NCBI RefSeq assembly: GCF_963921235.1
Contig: NC_086108.1
Coordinates: forward strand, 44,704,001 to 44,768,000
Source of the DNA: Mobula hypostoma
Lineage: Eukaryota
Length of the DNA: 64,000 nucleotides
Reading direction: 5' to 3'
The notes beneath the pieces are model-generated. The model was not told the origin of the DNA, made no database searches, and saw only the letters and a list, made by a program, of their open reading frames with translations. Position 1 is the stretch's first letter. Each line of letters begins with the position of its first letter. Both the position numbers and the translations under genes were made by a program. Below, in pieces: positions 60,551 through 64,000 of the stretch.

Positions 60551-62298
60551 CAGAGTGGTCGGCTATGTGCGGAACCAAAGGAAATGGGGGAGATCTTAAA
60601 TAGGTTTTTTGCATCTGTGTTTACTAAGGAAACTGGCATGAAGTCTATGGAATTAAGGGAAACAAGTAGTGAGATCATGGAAACTGTACAGATCGAAAAG
60701 GAGGAGGTCCTTGCTGTCTTGAGGAAATTTAAAGTGGATAAATCCCCGGGACCTGACAGGGTGTTCCCTCGGACCTTGAAGGAGACTAGTGTTGAAATTG
60801 TAGGGGCCCTGGCTGAAATATTTAAAATGTCGCTGTCTACAGGTGAGGTGCCGGAGGATTGGAGAGTGGCTCATGTTGTTCCGTTGTTTAAAAAAGGATC
60901 AAAAAGTAATCCAGGAAATTATAGGCCAGTAAGTTTGACGTTGGTAGTGGGTAGGTTATTGGAGGGAGTACTAAGAGACAGAATCTACAAGCATTTGGAT
61001 AGACTGGGACTTATTAGGGAGAGTCAACATGGCATTGTGCGTGGTAGGTCATGTTGACCAATCTATTGGAGTTTTTCGAGGAGGTTACCAGGAAAGTGGA
61101 TGAAGGGAAGGCAGTGGATATTGTCTACATGGACTTCAGTAAGGCCTTTGACAAGGTCCCGCATGGGAGGTTAGTTAGGAAAATTCAGTGGCTAGGTATA
61201 CATGGAGAGGTGGTAAATTGGATTAGTCATTGGCTCGATGGAAGAAGCCAGAGTGTGGTGGTAGAGAATTGTTTCTCTGAGTGGAGGCCTGTGACTAATG
61301 GTGTGCCACAGGGATCAGTGCTGGGTCCATTGTCATTTGTCATCTATATCAATGATCTGGATGATAATGTGGTAAATTGGATCAGCAAGTTTGCTGATGA
61401 TACAAAGATTGGAGGTGTAGTAGACAGTGAGGAAGGTTTTCAGAGCCTGCAGAGGGACTTGGACCAGCTGGGAAAATGGGCTGAAAAATGGGAGATGGAG
61501 TTTAATACTGACAAGTGTGAGGTATTGCACATTGGAAGGACAAAGCAACGGAGAACATACAGGGTTAATGGTAAGGCACTGAGGAGTGCAGTGGAACAGA
61601 GGGATCTAGGAATACAGATACAAAATTCCCTAAAAGTGGCGTCACAGGTATATAGGGTCGTAAAGAGAGTTTTTGGTACATTGGCCTTTATTAATCAAAG
61701 TATTGAGTATAAGAGCTGGAATGTTATGATGAGGTTGTATAAGGCATTGGTGAGGCCGAATCTGGAGTATTGTGTTCAGTTTCGGTCACCAAATTACAGG
61801 AAGGATATAAATAAGGTTGAAAGAGTGCAGAGAAGGTTTACAAGGATGTTGCCGGGACTTGAGAAACTCAGTTACAGAGAAAGGTTGAATAGGTTGGGAC
61901 TTTATTCCCTGGAGCGTAGAAGAATGAGGGGAGATTTGATAGAGGTATATAAAATTATGATGGGTATAGATAGAGTGAATGCAAGCAGGCTTTTTCCACT
62001 GAGGCAAGGGGAGAAAAAAACCAGAGGACATGGGTTTAGGGTGAGGGGGGAGAAGTTTAAAGGGAACATTGGGGGGGGGCTTCTTCACACAGAGAATGGT
62101 GGGAGTATGGAATGAGCTGCCAGACGAGGTGGTAAATGCGGGTTCTTTTTTAACATTTAAGAATAAATTGGACATGGATGGGAGGTGTATGGAGGGATAT
62201 GGTCTGTGTGCAGGTCAGTGGGACTAGGCAGAAAATGGTTCAGCACAGCCAAGAAGGGCCAAAGGGCCTGTTTCTGTGCTGTAGTTTCTATGGTTCTA
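60551..62298 (+). mobile_element. 5'-truncated CR1 (RT plus 3' end)
   Basis: ORFs 60584-61057 and 61051-62115 (FADD), with a ttctatggttcta tail. Confidence 0.9.
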
Positions 62299-62543
62299 TA
62301 TGACAGTCCCGCCATCCCGGGAATTAACCTTGTGAACCTACGCTGCACTCCCTCAATAGCAAGAATGTCCTTCCTCAAAGTTGGAGACCAAAACTGCACA
62401 CAGTACTCCAGGTGTGGTCTCACCAGGGCCCTGTACAGCTGCAGAAGGACCTCTTTGCTCTTATACTCAAATCCCCTTGTTATGAAGGCCAGCATGCCAT
62501 TAGCTTTCTTCACAGCCTGCTGTACTTGCATGCTTGCTTTCAG

Positions 62544-63976
62544 CCATGTATTCAACCTGAGCCTGAGGCTCCGGAGGGTTCCTGTACTGTGGAAGATGTC
62601 CTGCCTCGTCCCTGTGCCGAAGACGCCGCGCCCCAGTGGCCTCAATGACTACAGACCGGTGGCATTGACCTCCCACATCATGAAGACCCTGGAGAGACTT
62701 GTTCTGGAGCTGCTCCGGCCTATGGTGAGGCCACACTTGGATCCCCTCCAGTTCGCCTACCAGCCCCGACTAGGAGTTGAGGATGCCATCGTCTACCTGC
62801 TGAACCGTGTCTATGCCCACCTGGACAAGCCAGCAGGTACTGTGAGGGTCATGTTTTTTGACTTCTCCAGTGCGTTCAACACCATCCGCCCTGCTCTGCT
62901 GGGGGAGAAGCTGACAGCGATGCAGGTGGATGCTTCCCTGGTGTCATGGATTCTTGATTACCTGACTGGCAGACCACAGTATGTGTGCTTGCAACACTGT
63001 GTGTCCGACAGAGTGATCAGCAGCACTGGGGCTCCACAGGGGACTGTCTTGTCTCCCTTTCTCTTCACCATTTACACCTCGGACTTCAACTAATGCACAG
63101 AGTCTTGTCATCTTCAGAAGTTTTCGGATGACTCTGCCATAGTTGAATGCATCAGCAAGGGAGATGAGGCTGAGTACAGGGCTACGGTAGGAAATTTTGT
63201 CACATGGTGTGAGCAGAATTATCTGCAGCTTCATGTGAAAAAGACTAAGGAGCTGGTGGTGGACCTGAGGAGAGCTAAAGTACCGGTGACCCCTGTTTCC
63301 ATCCAGGGGGTCAGTGTGGACATGGTGGAGGATTACAAATACCTGGGGGTACGAATTGACAATAAACTGAACTGGTCAAAGAACACGGAGGCTGTCTACA
63401 AGAAGTGTCAGAGCTGTCTCTATTTCCTGAGGAGACAGAAGTCCTTTAACATCTGCCGAACGATGCTGAGGATGTTCTACGCGTCTGTGGTGGCCAGTGC
63501 TATCATGTTTGCTGTTTTGTGCTGGGGCAGCAGGCTGAGGGTAGCAGACACCAACAGAATCAACAAACTCATTCGTAAGGCCAGTGATGTTGTGGGGATG
63601 GAACTGGACTCTCTCACGGTGGTGTCTGAAAAGAGGATGCTGTCTAAGTTGCATGTCATCTTGGACAATGTCTCCCATCCACTAGATAATGTACTGGGTG
63701 GACACAGGAGTACATTCAGCCAGAGACTCATTCCACTGAGATGCAACACAGAACGTCATAGGAAGTCATTCCTGTCTGTGGCCATCAAACTTTACAACTC
63801 CTTCCTTGGAGGATCAGACACCCTGAGCCAATAGGCTGGTCCTGGACTTATTTCATAATTTACTGGCATAATTTACAGATTACTATTTAACTATTTATGG
63901 TTTTCTTACTATTTATGGTGCAACTGTAACGAAAACTAATTTCCCCCGGGATCAATAAAGTATGACTATGACTATG
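62544..63976 (+). mobile_element. 5'-truncated Rex/Babar-like LINE
   Basis: RT motifs NDYRPVALTS, DFSSAFNTI, GAPQGTVLSP and FSDD; ends with aataaag(tatgac)n. Confidence 0.88.
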
Positions 63977-64000
63977 TGACTGATGTACAAGAACACCCAG

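Larger units (their letters stand above)
60105..64000 (-). mobile_element. CR1 3' part (pieces about 60105-60550, 62299-62543 and 63977-64000) split by two later insertions
   Basis: ORFs 60195-60524 and 62157-62645; junctions rejoin as ctttcgacat|atgacagtcc and gctttcag|tgactgatgtac. Confidence 0.85.

Noticed and set aside
62185..63093. 302-aa chimeric ORF
   Set aside because: It runs by chance across CR1 tail, antisense CR1 and Rex-like RT junctions.

Overview
Vertebrate genomic DNA; the repeat content (CR1 LINEs with (TTCTATG)n tails, HE1-like SINEs, Neptune-type Penelope-like elements) suggests a cartilaginous fish, probably a ray (inference). I reconstructed three host genes by hand from GT-AG exons with consistent phases: the last four exons of TMEM59 (+, stop at 16919), the complete 7-exon CDS of LRRC42 (-, 54598 to 18894, 415 aa) and the first two coding exons of HSPB11/IFT25 (+, ATG at 59396). 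HSPB11/IFT25 sits head-to-head with LRRC42 across a very short promoter. The introns are packed with transposons: a decayed Gypsy LTR element, a solo LTR, three Tc1 elements, hAT and Tigger-like MITEs, L1, Rex/Babar, many CR1 pieces and one full-length CR1 with open ORFs. Three signals stand out. (1) A canonical T-TTA-AAC -1 slippery heptamer directly before the CR1 ORF1 stop leads into an ORF2 that has no initiator ATG, and the heptamer recurs in a second CR1 remnant. (2) Several TSD-flanked fold-back Penelope-derived insertions carry minimal hammerhead ribozyme motifs, the smallest being a 240-bp two-ribozyme hairpin. (3) An L1 insertion captured 74 bp of nearby DNA. Gene and family names come from recalled similarity, not database searches, and boundaries of old repeats are approximate.
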